The notes under the pieces: generated by a model
What the model was told of the DNA's origin: nothing
The model's database searches: none
Seen by the model: only the letters and a program-made list of their open reading frames with translations
Program-made: the position numbers and the translations under genes
In this document: positions 1 to 13,700 of the stretch, one piece after another
Layout: the number at the start of each line of letters is the position of its first letter
How positions within the stretch are numbered: the first letter of the stretch is position 1
Assembly: GCA_015680685.1 (NCBI GenBank)
Contig: MNCI01002249.1
Location: forward strand, 782,424 to 846,423
DNA length: 64,000 bases
Source of the DNA: Gnetum montanum
Lineage: Eukaryota; Plantae; Gnetophyta
Reading direction: 5' to 3'

Positions 1-1638
1 GACCGATGAGATGAACTGTTTTCATATTGATTGCTAATGTTTGGTTTTTACCTTTAAGTTACATTGTTGATACTAAGGTATGTTCTTTTGATATGGCAGG
101 CACTGAGATCACTTCATCCATCCATCCATCGAGTCTATGGTTTCCCTTGGCTTGGACATGTACAATTCCCTTCCGATAAGAACTTTAACGAACTGGTGAC
201 TGGGCATTTCTCAAACTAAGGAAGGACTCAAGGATTGCAAAGGGTGTGACTTCAAAGGAACTTGGTGCTTTTGTGTTGGTCATTCACTTGGGTTCTTGGT
301 TGTTTTCTTCTTGAATTTTCTTACCGTTCCGATGTTACCCAATAATCGGAAGCTGAGGCAATAAAAATAAAGAAGTCTTTGCACGGTGTGGTCCCCACAC
401 ATAAAAACACAAAACACAAAAAAAAAAAAAAACAAACCAAAGTGAGGATTCAAAGCACACCCCTTAGACGAAATAAAATTTGGGCTACAAGCACTGGTTA
501 TGAAACCAAAGTGTTCCCTCTAACTAAGGCCCTTCTTGCTTTCCATTCTCTCCTGTGTTTCGTCGAAATGGTGGTGGCTCTTTGAAGATGCATCCTTGTT
601 ATCCAAGTGGATGATTTAGCCAAATGCATTGATGCGAAGTCACTGGAAGTGGTTAGTTTGAGCCCAGAGTTGGAATGAGATTCGCCAAGTCACATTAATC
701 ATAAAACACACAAGGGGTTGTATACCACCTTGTTCTTGGGATTCCATTCCACTTCTCTTCTTTCCATCCTTCTCTCCATTGTTCACCTCATTGCCAGTTG
801 TATCATTAGTGTATATACTTTGGTTGATGCATTATTTTCTTTTTGGTAAATTCTTCCGGTTAAGACTTTAACTCTTGTTCCAAAGGACATTCCCAGAGCC
901 TACGTACTCTTTGAATGTGGGATTGTCAGGGCATTAAGGGCATGAGCCTACTTTGGGGAGGACCCACTGACATTCCTATTTGGACCATTAGTTAACTTCT
1001 TTTCCTTAACATTTTACAATTAATTTTCAGTTTTGTTCATTTCCATCTTGACCCCCATGTTCGATTTTTCTCCTAAGCCCCAGATTTTTTCATTTTTCTT
1101 CCTAACCCCTACACCTTCGGTAGTCATCATTTACATTTTCCCAAATCCATATCAGCCATACCACAACCTAGCCAATGAACCTAAACCGAAGCAAGGTATT
1201 GTTTACTTAATGATTCAATTACCCTTGCTAATATATGATTGTGTTGTGTGTGTAGATGGCAATCATGCAACAACGGAATGGATCTGGAGCAACCACTTGG
1301 AATGGAGCAGCGCTGAAGCAGCTATGCAAGGAGCAGAATTGATAATGCGCTTACGGATGGACAACAGAAGGCGCAATCTAGGCGTTGGCAGCAGCAAGAC
1401 TCTTCTCTCTTCTTCTCTTCTATTCTCTCTCCCCTTTTCTCTCAGCTGCCAAATGTGGCCTGATTTCATTGTAATAAGGTGTTCACACTTGTTGTCATGA
1501 ACACCAGTTGTGTCAAGTCTTGTAATAATGAACCGTTCACATGTCATTCCATTAGTTCCATTCCCCTCAATAATCCCATACCTACCTGATATCATTGTAA
1601 GGAACTCGAGGACGAGTTTTCATCCAGTCATGGGGGTA

Positions 1639-1923
1639 CGATGAGACGCAGATTACGCGATATCGTGGTCGATGTGATATCGCATCCCCTGCGATATCGC
1701 GTACGCAATATCACGTCTTTCCCTGCGATATCGTGTACGCGATATCGCGGCCCGCCTCCATATCTATAAATAAGAGGCAAAATTCCCCTCATTTCTCATC
1801 CTAGGCATAAAGTAGCGAAGCTCTGGCGAATTGATCACCCCAAAGATAGAATATTTTCCATGTGCCCGCAGTAGGAGTCCCCCAAGTGAACGGTTCTTTA
1901 TTCGAGCAGCTTTGTACCTGAAC
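1639..1923 (+). mobile_element. 5' part of an LTR (same family as the solo LTR at 55373-56165), probably a 3' LTR, truncated by an assembly N
   Basis: Colinear similarity to 55373-55633: gatgagacgc start, GCGATATCGC repeats, TATAAATA at 1765, gaacgg-tctttatt-cga-gcagc. Preceded by purine-rich ctcgaggacgag...gggggta, which resembles a polypurine tract. Confidence 0.75.
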
Positions 1924-1924
1924 N

Positions 1925-2827
1925 ATGCCATGAATAAAGAAAAGATTTTGTATGAATGGGTTGCTTATTCTTTGCCCATTGTGTAAACTCTTGTGCAGAC
2001 ATCTTCAACAAAGCCTTTGGGTCTCCTCCATCCTATGAATATAGGGGGTGTTTGCTCTTATTTTCACTTTGGGCCAAGGAAGAGTAGACTATGCTAGTTG
2101 GAGGGATGAGAGTTGAGGAGAGGAAAGAAAGAGTGGTTGCTCCTTGTTTATTCTCAGTCATCTCTTGGGCTATCTTGAGTGTTCTTGTGGGCTCTTTGGA
2201 GGTGGATTTTGCTATTGATGTCGAAGACTTTTTGGGACTAATTTTTAGGGAGTGTTTGGCTAATTTAAGAGACTTCTTTCTCTGATTTTGTGAGCAGATT
2301 TTGGCAGCACCTTGGACCTACAATTTGAAGTTGATTTCTTGAGGCAATTGGCTAGACAAATGATGAGTGGCGAGGTACCCCTACACTCAACCATACGAAT
2401 ACGAGCGTGTATGCGCGATCCGGTCGAACTCTGCAGACTAAATGCCTTAACNATCTGCTCACAAAATCAGAGAAAGAAGTCTCTTAAATTAGCCAAACAC
2501 TCCCTAAAAATTAGTCCCAAAAAGTCTTCGACATCAATAGCAAAATCCACCTCCAAAGAGCCCACAAGAACACTCAAGATAGCCCAAGAGATGACTGAGA
2601 ATAAACAAGGAGCAACCACTCTTTCTTTCCTCTCCTCAACTCTCATCCCTCCAACTAGCATAGTCTACTCTTCCTTGGCCCAAAGTGAAAATAAGAGCAA
2701 ACACCCCCTATATTCATAGGATGGAGGAGACCCAAAGGCTTTGTTGAAGATGTCTGCACAAGAGTTTACACAATGGGCAAAGAATAAGCAACCCATTCAT
2801 ACAAAATCTTTTCTTTATTCATGGCAT
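1925..2827. repeat. 375-bp inverted duplication (1925-2299 vs 2453-2827), probable assembly artefact
   Basis: Identical 64-aa ORFs on opposite strands (2091-2285 +, 2467-2661 -); each arm starts immediately after a single N (1924, 2452). Confidence 0.85.
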
Positions 2828-3003
2828 CATTGCTACTTGACTTAGACAAGCAAGCTCTCCTGAGGGAGTAGACATGTGAAATTTGACAACACTTCCCATA
2901 GCCCTTATTAAGTGAGTCCTTTATTCTTTTTTCAACCATTAATATGAAGTGGACAATTTGCACATAAATAAAATAGATGCCATCATAAGCATATCATGGA
3001 GCA

Positions 3004-4600
3004 GACCAGAAATGAAACAACTTTATTGCAAAAATAATGTAGATTACAGTGCACTGGTCTAAACGTAGTTGTGGATCTGACACAAGGCGGACAAAGAGCC
3101 CCGGTGGATGCGGAGGGATAATGGTATGCCGATTTGAACTACAGGCACAGCGTGAAGGCTGTATGCTCAGCGTGCAGGGTTGAAGTCCAGCATATAGGAT
3201 GCAGGGTTCTGGATTTTCTCAGTGTGGGTTGCCCTCCTTCTAGCGGCATTTTCTGTACTGTCCGAAATCGTCGGTCTCTGGCTGGAATGAAACAGAAACC
3301 AAGAGATCCCCAGACAAGCACAGAAAACCCTACCTTCGCTTGAGGGCAAGCTGGAACGGATGAAGGTAGAGTACCTTGGGTGGTCCGCACACGGATCAGA
3401 CAAGGATTTCCCCAACGTATGCCAATACGCAATACGCTGGGTTATGCGTAAACAGCGTAATAAACATGAACTGGAATATAAGCGTGCAAGGAAACAAACA
3501 CAGAAGTAAACGAGAATAGGTGAAAACTGTAACAGATCTTGACCAGAAATGAAACAACTTTATTGCAAAAATAATGTAGATTACAGTGCACCGGTTTGAA
3601 CGCAGTTGTGGATCTGACACAAGGTGGACGAAGAGCCCCGATGGATGCGGAAGGATAATGGTGTGCCGGTTTGAATTGCAGGCACAGCGTGAAAGCTGTA
3701 TGCTCAGCGTGCAGGGTTGAAGTCCAGCGTATAGGATGCAGGGTTCTGGATTTTCTCAGTGTGGGTTGCCCGAATTTTTGCCAAGATGCCTCCAATTTTT
3801 CCAACCCTGATCTGGTCAAAAATCGGGGTTTTTATACAATTTTAGACGTTAGACTCGGATCTGAGAGGGGATGATTGGCTGTGGAGTGCTGGACTCTCGA
3901 GTCGGGTGACATGTGGTGCGTTGACTGAGTGCGAAAGAATGAAATTTTATAAGTGTACAGCGTGCTGCACGCCAGCGTATACTGTTGTACGCCAGCATAT
4001 ACACGCTAGGCGTGTGAACTTGGTGTACAGACTTGACTAAAATAAAAGAAGTCATTTGGCCCTTGGATTTGAATTCGGATGTCACGAGAATGCTCTGTGG
4101 ATGTTCAGCTCAGTTGGCCTTGATCTGACACAGTTCTAGAGAGCTTTGATTAGTATACGTTGTGCTACACACTGGGCGTACACATTGTACATACTGGGCG
4201 TATACGCTAGACGTACTCGCTGCTCGTACACGCTGGGCGTGCAGGATGTACATGCTGGGCGTACACGTTGTTCGTACACGCTGGGCGTGCAGTATGTACA
4301 TGCTCAACGTATGAACTCCAAAGTGCATGATGTCGAGACCAAAATTTGACTTTCTAAAGCCCATGATGACACCTGATAATTGCTCTATTCCTGTGACTTG
4401 ATGCCTTGTACAAAATCTTGCTCTGAAGTGCTGTTTCCATGCCGTCTTTGGGATCGCATGCTAGACATACACGTCAGTCGTACGTGCTGAGCGTACATGT
4501 GAGGCATGCACGCTGGGGCGTGTACGCTGAGCGTATACGCCTAGCGTACACGCTCAACGTATACGCTCATACATTACCTTCCCACATTCACTTTTCTCAG
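3004..4600 (-). mobile_element. LTR-like sequence with a ~537-bp tandem duplication (3004-3233 repeated at 3541-3770) and CGTACACGCT-type repeat arrays
   Basis: Direct repeat seen in sequence; TATAAAA on the minus strand near 3945-3951; CpG-rich palindromic repeats at 3955-4020, 4155-4310 and 4455-4570; possible TG start at 4371 on minus. Confidence 0.55.
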
Positions 4601-6209
4601 TGCCCCACCTTTTTGTTTGTTTTAAGTCACTTTTTTTTTATTTATATGGTATGAGGGTTTCTAATTTATTTTTTTCCTTTTATCTATTTTCACATTTCCC
4701 ATGATTTATTTAGTAAAAATCATTAATACTACACTTGTTAAGTTGGTCTTAATAAGCACAAACATGCCATAACTACCATACTAGAAATTAATATTTTGAT
4801 TGAATCAAGGAAAATGTGGTCCCACCTTGTAACTAATTATAGATCCATACTCTAGGTGTAAATCTTAGTTAGTTTACCAAATTTGAGTGCGATCTATCAA
4901 CTTTGAATTTTGATGTATTTTAACTAATTAAATATTTAAAAAATTATAACTAAACGTCAAGATAAACCATGAATCCACATTAGGTAAATTTTCTAATATT
5001 ATTTTACAATAATGCTAGACTTTGCAATGCTCATTCATTAATAAAATATAATTTTTAAAAATTAAAATTATAAAATTTAGAAATAAATAGTAATCTTGCT
5101 TATATCACCCAAACAAAGGTCTGCATATTATTAAGAAGTATTAGTCACATCTACAAATATATATAAGCTTTAAAACAAATTAAAGTCTACGTATTTAATA
5201 GAGTCTAAGGTCACATGTATAAATGTGGGGCATTACAAAATTTCACTTTGTGGTTAAATGATAGTGTAAAAACATAACATTCAAGTCATTCATGCAATGA
5301 AATATTTTTATTATTTTATACTTGTTGATCATGTCTAAGTGGATACCAAGTTTTGATGTTCAATTGGAAGAATATTCTAAAGTTGCATGTTTTATCAAAC
5401 TATTTAATAATTTGTTGATTTTTTAAAGGGCATAGTAGCAAATTGTTAGCCCTTTTAATCCCATTAAGAATATAGAATCTATTTCTACATGATTTGGTTC
5501 TCTAGGTGGTTTTCTCCTACATAAGAACTCAAGTGAGTTGGGTAACTTATTCAATGGTAAGGTTGTATAATTGAGTAGACATCTCTTAAATTAGAAAGTT
5601 TTTTCTTTTCCATGCTTTTAGTGTTTTCACACTGTTAAGAATGTAAAGTATTATTTTTTTAAATGCTTATTATCAATATTATTTTTATTTTTGGGGTCTA
5701 ATACTTATACCCCCACTCATCCCCCACCCCACCCCTACATTTTAAAAAAATACACATAATTTGAATTAGCAACATCTTGCCTACAAATCCTTGTCTAACA
5801 ATTAGCTAACCACTTGAGCCACCTCTTATTGGCAAGCTAAAAGAAACACTACCTTACTAAAGGGTAATCTTAAAGGAGATGTACATGATCCAACCTAATG
5901 GCTTTGTCATTGAAAGTTATAATAATTTGGTCTACAAACAAAAGTTTATCAATGAACATCACTAGAAATTACAAACATTAGTATATCAAAATTAATGAGT
6001 CTATGTTTTAGTATGGCTTCATACAATCTCTTGTAGTTTATAGTGTAGAACATAAATGTTTTGAAAGATGATGTCAACAACCTTCCAAACATCCTACTAG
6101 TGTATGCCAATAACACCACTACCACTCTTTCATGCAACAAGATGATACTAAAAGTGGTTAGATTTATTCTAACTATGCATTTTAACATCTCAACTATTCA
6201 AACTTCACC

Positions 6210-6407
6210 TACTTTTAGCTCCTACCTCTAATTTAACACTTTCTTGATTCAACCCATGATGTTATAGCTATCTTTTCTAAGTTACCATCTATTTACAATT
6301 TGTTATTCATACTTTTAGCTCCTACCTCTAATTTAACACTTTCTTCATTCAACCCATGATGTTATAGCTATCTTTTCTAAGTTACCATCTATTTACAATT
6401 TGTTATT
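6210..6407. repeat. ~100-bp tandem duplication
   Basis: tacttttagctcctacctctaatttaacac...tttacaatttgttatt present twice, followed by a degenerate partial third copy. Confidence 0.85.
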
Positions 6408-7534
6408 TAGTATAGCTAGCTTTTCTAAGTTACTATTTGTTTACAATTTGCTATTTAATAGTTACCTGACACATAACTTTTAATAGTTTTCATATCATTT
6501 CATGAAATTACATTTTTTTAAATTACTGAAAAACTTTAACTTGTCTTGAAAGGTCATACTTTTCTTCCTAAATAATCACATCAATTTGTTATGAATGTAG
6601 ACACACAGTCATTTTGTTAGCATAACGTGTTAAATACAAAAGTATAATCCTTGAAAATGTAAATTGAAAGTGATTATTGGCGATGCTGTTATCAATTTTC
6701 GGGTTAAAACAAAAGTGAAATTCGGAGTAAATAACTCCAGCAATCTTGGCATCCAAGTGTTTTTAAAAATTGAATTTGTTGGATCTTACAGGTCAAAAAG
6801 AAATTCAGGCTTCATATTCATAAACTCCAAGACTCAACAAAAGAAGGAACCTATTACGTATTTTCAAATATAAAAAGCCATCATTCTGAAAATAATAATA
6901 ATAATAGAATATAGCACAACTTTTGTATATCTAAATTAAACAATTTCTGCCCATCTCCTACCTTTCCCATTCTTCACCTTACATTTAAGAAAACAAACAA
7001 GTTTTGCAGATCTCACATCAGACTATATTTTCCAACTCTTTAAAAAAAATTTTGATTTTATTAATAATAAATTTTCCTTCTAGGTTTTATCCCTCGATCA
7101 TTTATTTATATTTTTCTTTTCTTTCCCTCCTATCTTTCCTATTCTATATGTGCAATAATGTCCAAGATATAAAATTTATGCACATTCACGGATAAAAATG
7201 CAGCAAACCCTATTAACAATTCTCTTGAAAAGTTTGACGTATGCATGCTACTACGTTTTAAAAAATTGAAGATTTGCGGTGTAGATGCGATCGAACTTGA
7301 CAGTATAAAAAATGCAACAACCCACAAGGATCTATCAATAACATAATCAGCCATTATAATTGCACATTTCAGGTTATTATTGAAATCTTACTCTGAATAG
7401 TAACTGAAACAACATTTATAGATTACTGGAACCAGCATTCAAAATGCAGTGTCGGAAAATTGGATCAGAAACCAAAAACACCTTGACAAAGAACATATAC
7501 ATTAATCAATGCAAACCAAAAATCAAACTTGTCG

Positions 7535-7717
7535 TTATGCCTTCATGGCATCTTCTATCCTGCTTAATGACTTTTTGAGAATTAGCTTTGCAGATTGATC
7601 CTTTTCTGTATCATGCAGTTGTAACAGGACATCATATTGCCCTTGTTCAATCTGTAGCCGGAACTGGTAATATACACTGATCATATCCAGCAAGCACTCA
7701 CTTGCTCCAACATGCAC
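7535..7717 (-). CDS. ECM29: ECM29 terminal coding exon (VHVGASECLL...RIEDAMKA*)
   Basis: ttttcag acceptor, TAA stop, phase matches the upstream exon. Confidence 0.9.
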   Translation of the reverse strand: MHVGASECLLDMISVYYQFRLQIEQGQYDVLLQLHDTEKDQSAKLILKKSLSRIEDAMKA

Positions 7718-10700
7718 CTGAAAAGGAAAAACAAAACAAAACAAAAAGATTTTAAAAAATAGAATAATGTTTTCAGTTTGATCTACTTCTCAATAAAAAA
7801 GACATTCTATGATATAAAATGTGCAACAGGACTGTATGGCAGCAAAGGGACAGACACAGAGAGACTGTAATTCAGATCTCTCATTTTTCTAGGTCACCTT
7901 CCAACAGAGGCAATTATGAATTTTACTTATTTTCTAAGAATAATTTTCCAAATATTGAAAACGAAAACATAAGTAATGCCTTATTTCAGAAAATGCATTT
8001 ATTATACACATCATACACTTCTGCACCACATGGTGAAGTATTCCTTGCAATCAAACATCTTATAAAGCATGACTGGATTCAGTGGCAATTTTTTATACTG
8101 CTTTCACATTTCTCTACGTTTTAAAAAAATTTCTTCAAAGTCTTCTACACTAAAATTAAAAAGAACTTTTCTAGATATACCGTACAAAGACATCATTACT
8201 GCTATGTGTAAACTGAGGCCCTCTCAATGAAGTGGTGGTAATATGCATATTACTCTTAAAGGTAATGTAACAATATAACATCGTATACAAGATCTGGTAC
8301 ATGAATTTTGTAAAATCCATATATCTCTCTTAATCCTGCAAGGTGCAATATCCATTTTTAATTTTAGATATGTAAGTTTTAGTAATGAGAGATCATCATT
8401 TGGAGTGATGATAAGGTGCTTGTTTCTCAAGTCATAAGCCCTGTGTTTGATCTTGGGTGCAGCTACTCAAAAAAGGTTAGGCTTTCACTCATCCATCGAC
8501 CCTCCCATGACCTGCCTTGGTGGAATGAGCACTGAGCCTTTAGGTGATGATCCTTCGATATGTAAGTTTCAGTAATGTTCTTTACAAAATTACTTCTATT
8601 ATTCTAAAGTCTTAGAATAGAATGGCTAAAAATGGCATGTCATCCATCAATGTAGGCAAATTCTACATCAAACTTATGTAGGCCCATGAAATTTTTAATT
8701 CTGCAACTAAAAAAGAAAAGAAAATAAAATGAAACAAAAACATTTAATTAAGCTTAAAATTGACCCAAGCAAAGCTTACTACATTGGTGCTTATGTCCAG
8801 AAGAGTGTTCAATCATCCTTTTTTACCATGGCTATAAGATTACAATTAATTTGAAGTTGTCTTCATTTAAAAAACAAAAGGTAGTTGAGAGACTAGCAAA
8901 ATTAGAATGTGCTTTTCTTTAGAAGTCTGGATAAGGGAAAAAAGTTGATATGTTAAATTAGGATGCAGTCTATTACCCTATGGGAATGTAGCAGACTCAG
9001 ACTTAAAGCTACATTACTTCAATATGGCCGTCTTGAGAAAACTGAGCATAGATAATTATGGCACGACAATGTTGTCTAAGTTAAAAGTGATGAGGGAAAA
9101 ATATTTATACTAAACCTAAAAATTTTTACAGGGAGTGTATATTATTAGGTCTTTAGTAATATGGAAATAACTTAATAAAGAGGAAGGTGAGACTTCGTTA
9201 TGACAAAATAAACAATCATACCAAGTAACAAAGGCTTATGATACTTTTACACAAGCCAAATAAATAAAGAAGCTATTCATTAGAAAAAAGTGGGCTTCAT
9301 TCCCGAAGTTCTATCTATTTTATAAAGTGGCAAGGAAAAATTTTAATTATAAATAATTTGATGAAATCATGATGACTGATGGTTAAAAATGGTTTTTTTT
9401 TAAATTAAAGAATGCTTGGGAGGATGAAAATCATATCTTCACAAATTCCCCTATTGCTCATACTTTGAACAAGTTTAACTACCTACCAATCAACATTTCA
9501 AAATGCCAAAATCTTTACAAGATCTTGCAGCATCTTGGACTTGGATTTGTAGAACAATGTACAAATAAAAGCTGCAAAAGTTTGCTAGTACATGTGATCC
9601 TTGAACTTTGGAATTAAAGAAATATTCATACTTTTGAAGAAAATATAAAGAAATATAAATAAAATATGGTGGTGGCTAGCATGAACAGTTGGAATGAATA
9701 TGTGAAATATGGAATATTTTTTGATAGACTGGGCATTTGATTCTAAGGTTATGAATGGATTCGTACCCTGAGATGATTATTCAATATTTTGTATTATCAC
9801 CATGCTTATTTTTGATAACTCACGTAATAAAACATTGATATATCACAAGTATGTATCTCTGATTTATTTTATGAATAAAATTTTTCTTTTTACCTGCTGA
9901 AAACAATTGTAATGTTACTATATCTATTACATGTATAAAAGTGGTCAAATACTAATTTATGCCACCTTTATTTAAGGCAACATTGGTCGAGACAATGAGA
10001 TCCTATAGCAACTTTTTTTAATGATCATGGTTGAAACTTTAAGATGCTTGGTTAAAGAAGAAGAGATTAAAGGGATTATAACAGCTCATGATTTATACAT
10101 GTGCAATTCATTGATGACACTTTATCTTCCTTGAAGCTGAAAAAAGATGCATCTAAAATGTTAAAGAGGTGTGGGATAATTTATCCCAAGTTTCAAGATT
10201 AAAAATTAATTTTGATTAAAAAACATTTTCTTGCCTTTTCATCCTTTAGAGATAAGAATTAAAATATTTCAAATGTGTTAAATCGTGAGTGGGCTAATTT
10301 TCGAGGCAAATATTGAACATATTACCTTTATGTTTGGGAAAAGAAAAGTCAGAATCATAGAACGGTGTTTTAGAAAGGATAACTTTGAGATTAGCAGGCT
10401 GCCAAGGAAAGTTTCTTATTATGGCCAGAAGAATACAATTAATCCATAGCTATATTCAATATGTTCTACTATGTTTACTTTCATGTCTTTGGACTACAAA
10501 AGAGGTAGTGAAGAGGCTTGAAAAATTAGAATGTGGTTTTCTTTGGCAGGATTCAGAAAAAAAATTTATTAAATTGGGATACAGTTTATCATCCATTGGA
10601 ATGTGGTGGACTTAGACGTAAAAAATTACATTATTTGAATATAGCTTTTTCTTTTTTCCTTTTCCTTTTCCTTTTTCTTTTCTTTTCTTTTTATTTTTTG

Positions 10701-13700
10701 GAGAAAAGCTAACTAAGACAACTATGAATGAAAATATCAAGTGGGTTAAAGTAATAAAAGCAAAATATTTGAACCACTCAGAAGATTTTTTAAAATAACC
10801 ACATATTATTGATGCTTCCATCATATGGGCAGGACATGAAAAGCAAAGGTGAGAAAACACTGCATGAAATCTTAGGATGTTAAAGATTAGTTATGGGGTC
10901 AAACCCATGACTTGGAGCTTCCAAATCAAGAGTCTTGCTACTAGGCTAACACCTCTTTGTTTTTTATTTGTTTGTTTGTTTCAGATCTACGATTTTTGTA
11001 GCAGCAAGGTGGGGGAAGGTCAGTAGGGAAAGTTTGGAAATTTTTTCAAAGAATTGGGATTTTCTATTTGATGCTTTGCAATCATGATTTCTAAATTTAT
11101 TTTTTTTTTGGTGCAATTACCACAATTTGCAGCTTTAGCGATTTTTTACTAAGATTGGTTACGACAAAATAAACATTCTTACAAAGTAACAAAAGCTTAT
11201 GACACTTTATGCATGGTTGAAGTGGGTAAAGAAGCTATTCGCTAGCAGAAAGTACATTTAATTCTTAAAGTTTGTCTTTTTGAATAAACATGAAAAAAAA
11301 AAGTTAACAATAGATAATTTGTTAATGTGAGGATAGATGATTGTTAACAGATGTTTCTGCAAAAATGCTTGTGAAAATGATCATATCAGCAATGTCCTGC
11401 AATTGCAAATATTTGGAACAGAGTTTGAAAAGCTACAAGTTAGCATTTTATTATGCCAAAATCTTTACAAGATCTTGCAGAAGCTTCAACTATAATCAGT
11501 GGAATTCAACACATTAATTAAAATTGGAATGCTTTGCTAGCACATGCCATCTTTTAAATTTGGAAGGAATAAAACAACAGGATTTCTTAAGGGACAGAAA
11601 TCCATCTAAATAGAGTATGGTATGCAGCAATAAAAAATTGGAAGAAGAATGTGATACATAAAATGGAACTTAACTGTCCAAGTCTTAAAGCCTTACATAA
11701 TTATAATTTTTATTTCCTAGGATAGGATTAGATTGCTACCTTGACATGACTATTTTATTTTTTAAAAAGTTACTCTCATCTTGGTCGATCATTAGGATCC
11801 CATTATACTTAAAGCTTATTATATTAATACAATCTCTTTTTACTTGTTCAAACAAAACAAGGGTATCTATAGACACAGGGCAAACGTCCGCACGTATTAT
11901 CAGCATTTTATATAAAGCAAATTACTTGAGTGTGTTGAAAACGCTCTTAGAATACTTGGCATTTTTAGTTTAATTGAAATACTTGCTATGATTCAAACCG
12001 GTTACCCTGCAACAATTTTTAGCATTAGATTGGTTATATCCCCTTGAATCACGAGAAAATTTTTCCTTACCATGTCATCTGACAGCATAGACCCATTATT
12101 ATTCTCTGCTACCTCAATGGAAATCCTCATATAACCATGAAAATCATGTGAAAGAGAACTCAAGTGATAAACTGATATTTGTTCTCATGAAGCATTTTAA
12201 AAATAATGTAGTACTAGAAGCATTTTTCATCAGCAATGTTCATTTAAGAAAATGATATATTAGAAGACACTTGAAATTTCCTGTAACCTGTTTCTTGTAA
12301 CAGAAAACCATACAGCATTTTAAAAAGGCATAGAATAGACACACGCACCTTTGCAATTTTTATTGTTGTGATAGATTTCTGTGCCAAAGGAAATAGTATG
12401 TTAAAAGACTGCAATCAAAGAAAGTTATTTTTCATCAGGTCATTTCTTGGAAGCTAGAAGCAACACATGAACCTCAACCAAGTAACCAAAATTCTATTAC
12501 TTTGTCATCTAAATTATGTTACCTCAGCAACCAATTTGGTAGCAATATCATAATATTCTGATGATCCTGTAGCTTCAGAAACTCTTTTATATAGTGTTTG
12601 AATTGTATAGAAAGCAGATAATGTAACTGCACAATTTTTTGACTATTTCAGACACTTTTAAATGAAAATATTACCGTTTGAGAAATAAGGAAACATCCAC
12701 ATATATATAAAAACAAACAATACCTTGCCATGAATGAGCAGGATGAAGACAATTGATTAAGGCGGTTACAATGTCATTTCCTCTTTCAAGAATATCTGAC
12801 AATTTTGCCGTATGTAGAGCAGCAGAAAGACCATCAAGTGACTTTCCCAAAGCAAATGAATCATATTTCGAGTCCTCTACAATAATGAACCACAATTACT
12901 AATAGCTGCGGAAAAATGATGGAGCAATAAAATATCATTTTTCCACAACAGCATTTTTGGTTTTGTATGCTTCTTATGGCACACAAACAAATCATCATTA
13001 ATTTTTTTTTTTTTGCAAAAAAATTAATAACAATATTTTTTTCTTTTCTCCAGTTTTCTTTGTAAAGTGAACTGGTTGAAAAGTTTATAGGTCAAAAGAG
13101 TTTATAAAGACGAGAAAGAAGCATACACATGATATTCATGAACTTGAAGAACATATGATCAAATAATAGGAGAGATTATTTGGTGGAAATTAGTAAGAAA
13201 AACCATCTGATTTAGATAAGAAAAAACCAACAATCAGAATTTTGGCAATTTTTTAACACAAAAATAGCTGACCTTCTAGCCAGGAAGGCAAAACTACTTG
13301 TCAACATTTTAACAAATGCAACAAATTTATAATGACTACTTTAAATAATCTGACAGTAGAATCCTGACATTGATTGGAACAATGGAGATTATATTCAAAT
13401 AAAATATGAAACTACTGGGTGTTTGTGACAATGGTTTTGGCAATACCATACTTCCGCAGTCAGGCATTCGTTATAACACTGAGTATAATGAAACGGGAAA
13501 ACAAAATAAACTGCATTTGTTACCCAAGGTTATACATGCAGATGGATGGAAAAATAAGGATGATATATACTTGCAAGATTCAGACTACATTGATCAAAGA
13601 GTTTGGCTCCATCTTGAAAGAAGATTTGAGAAATTCAGGATAAAGAGGGAAAAAACAATATTTGTATTCTCTGTACCTCTTGAAAAATCAATTACAACTG

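Noticed and set aside
1033-1595. Overlapping 155-aa and 110-aa ORFs
   Set aside because: Low-complexity, no recognisable domain, located in a TE-derived region
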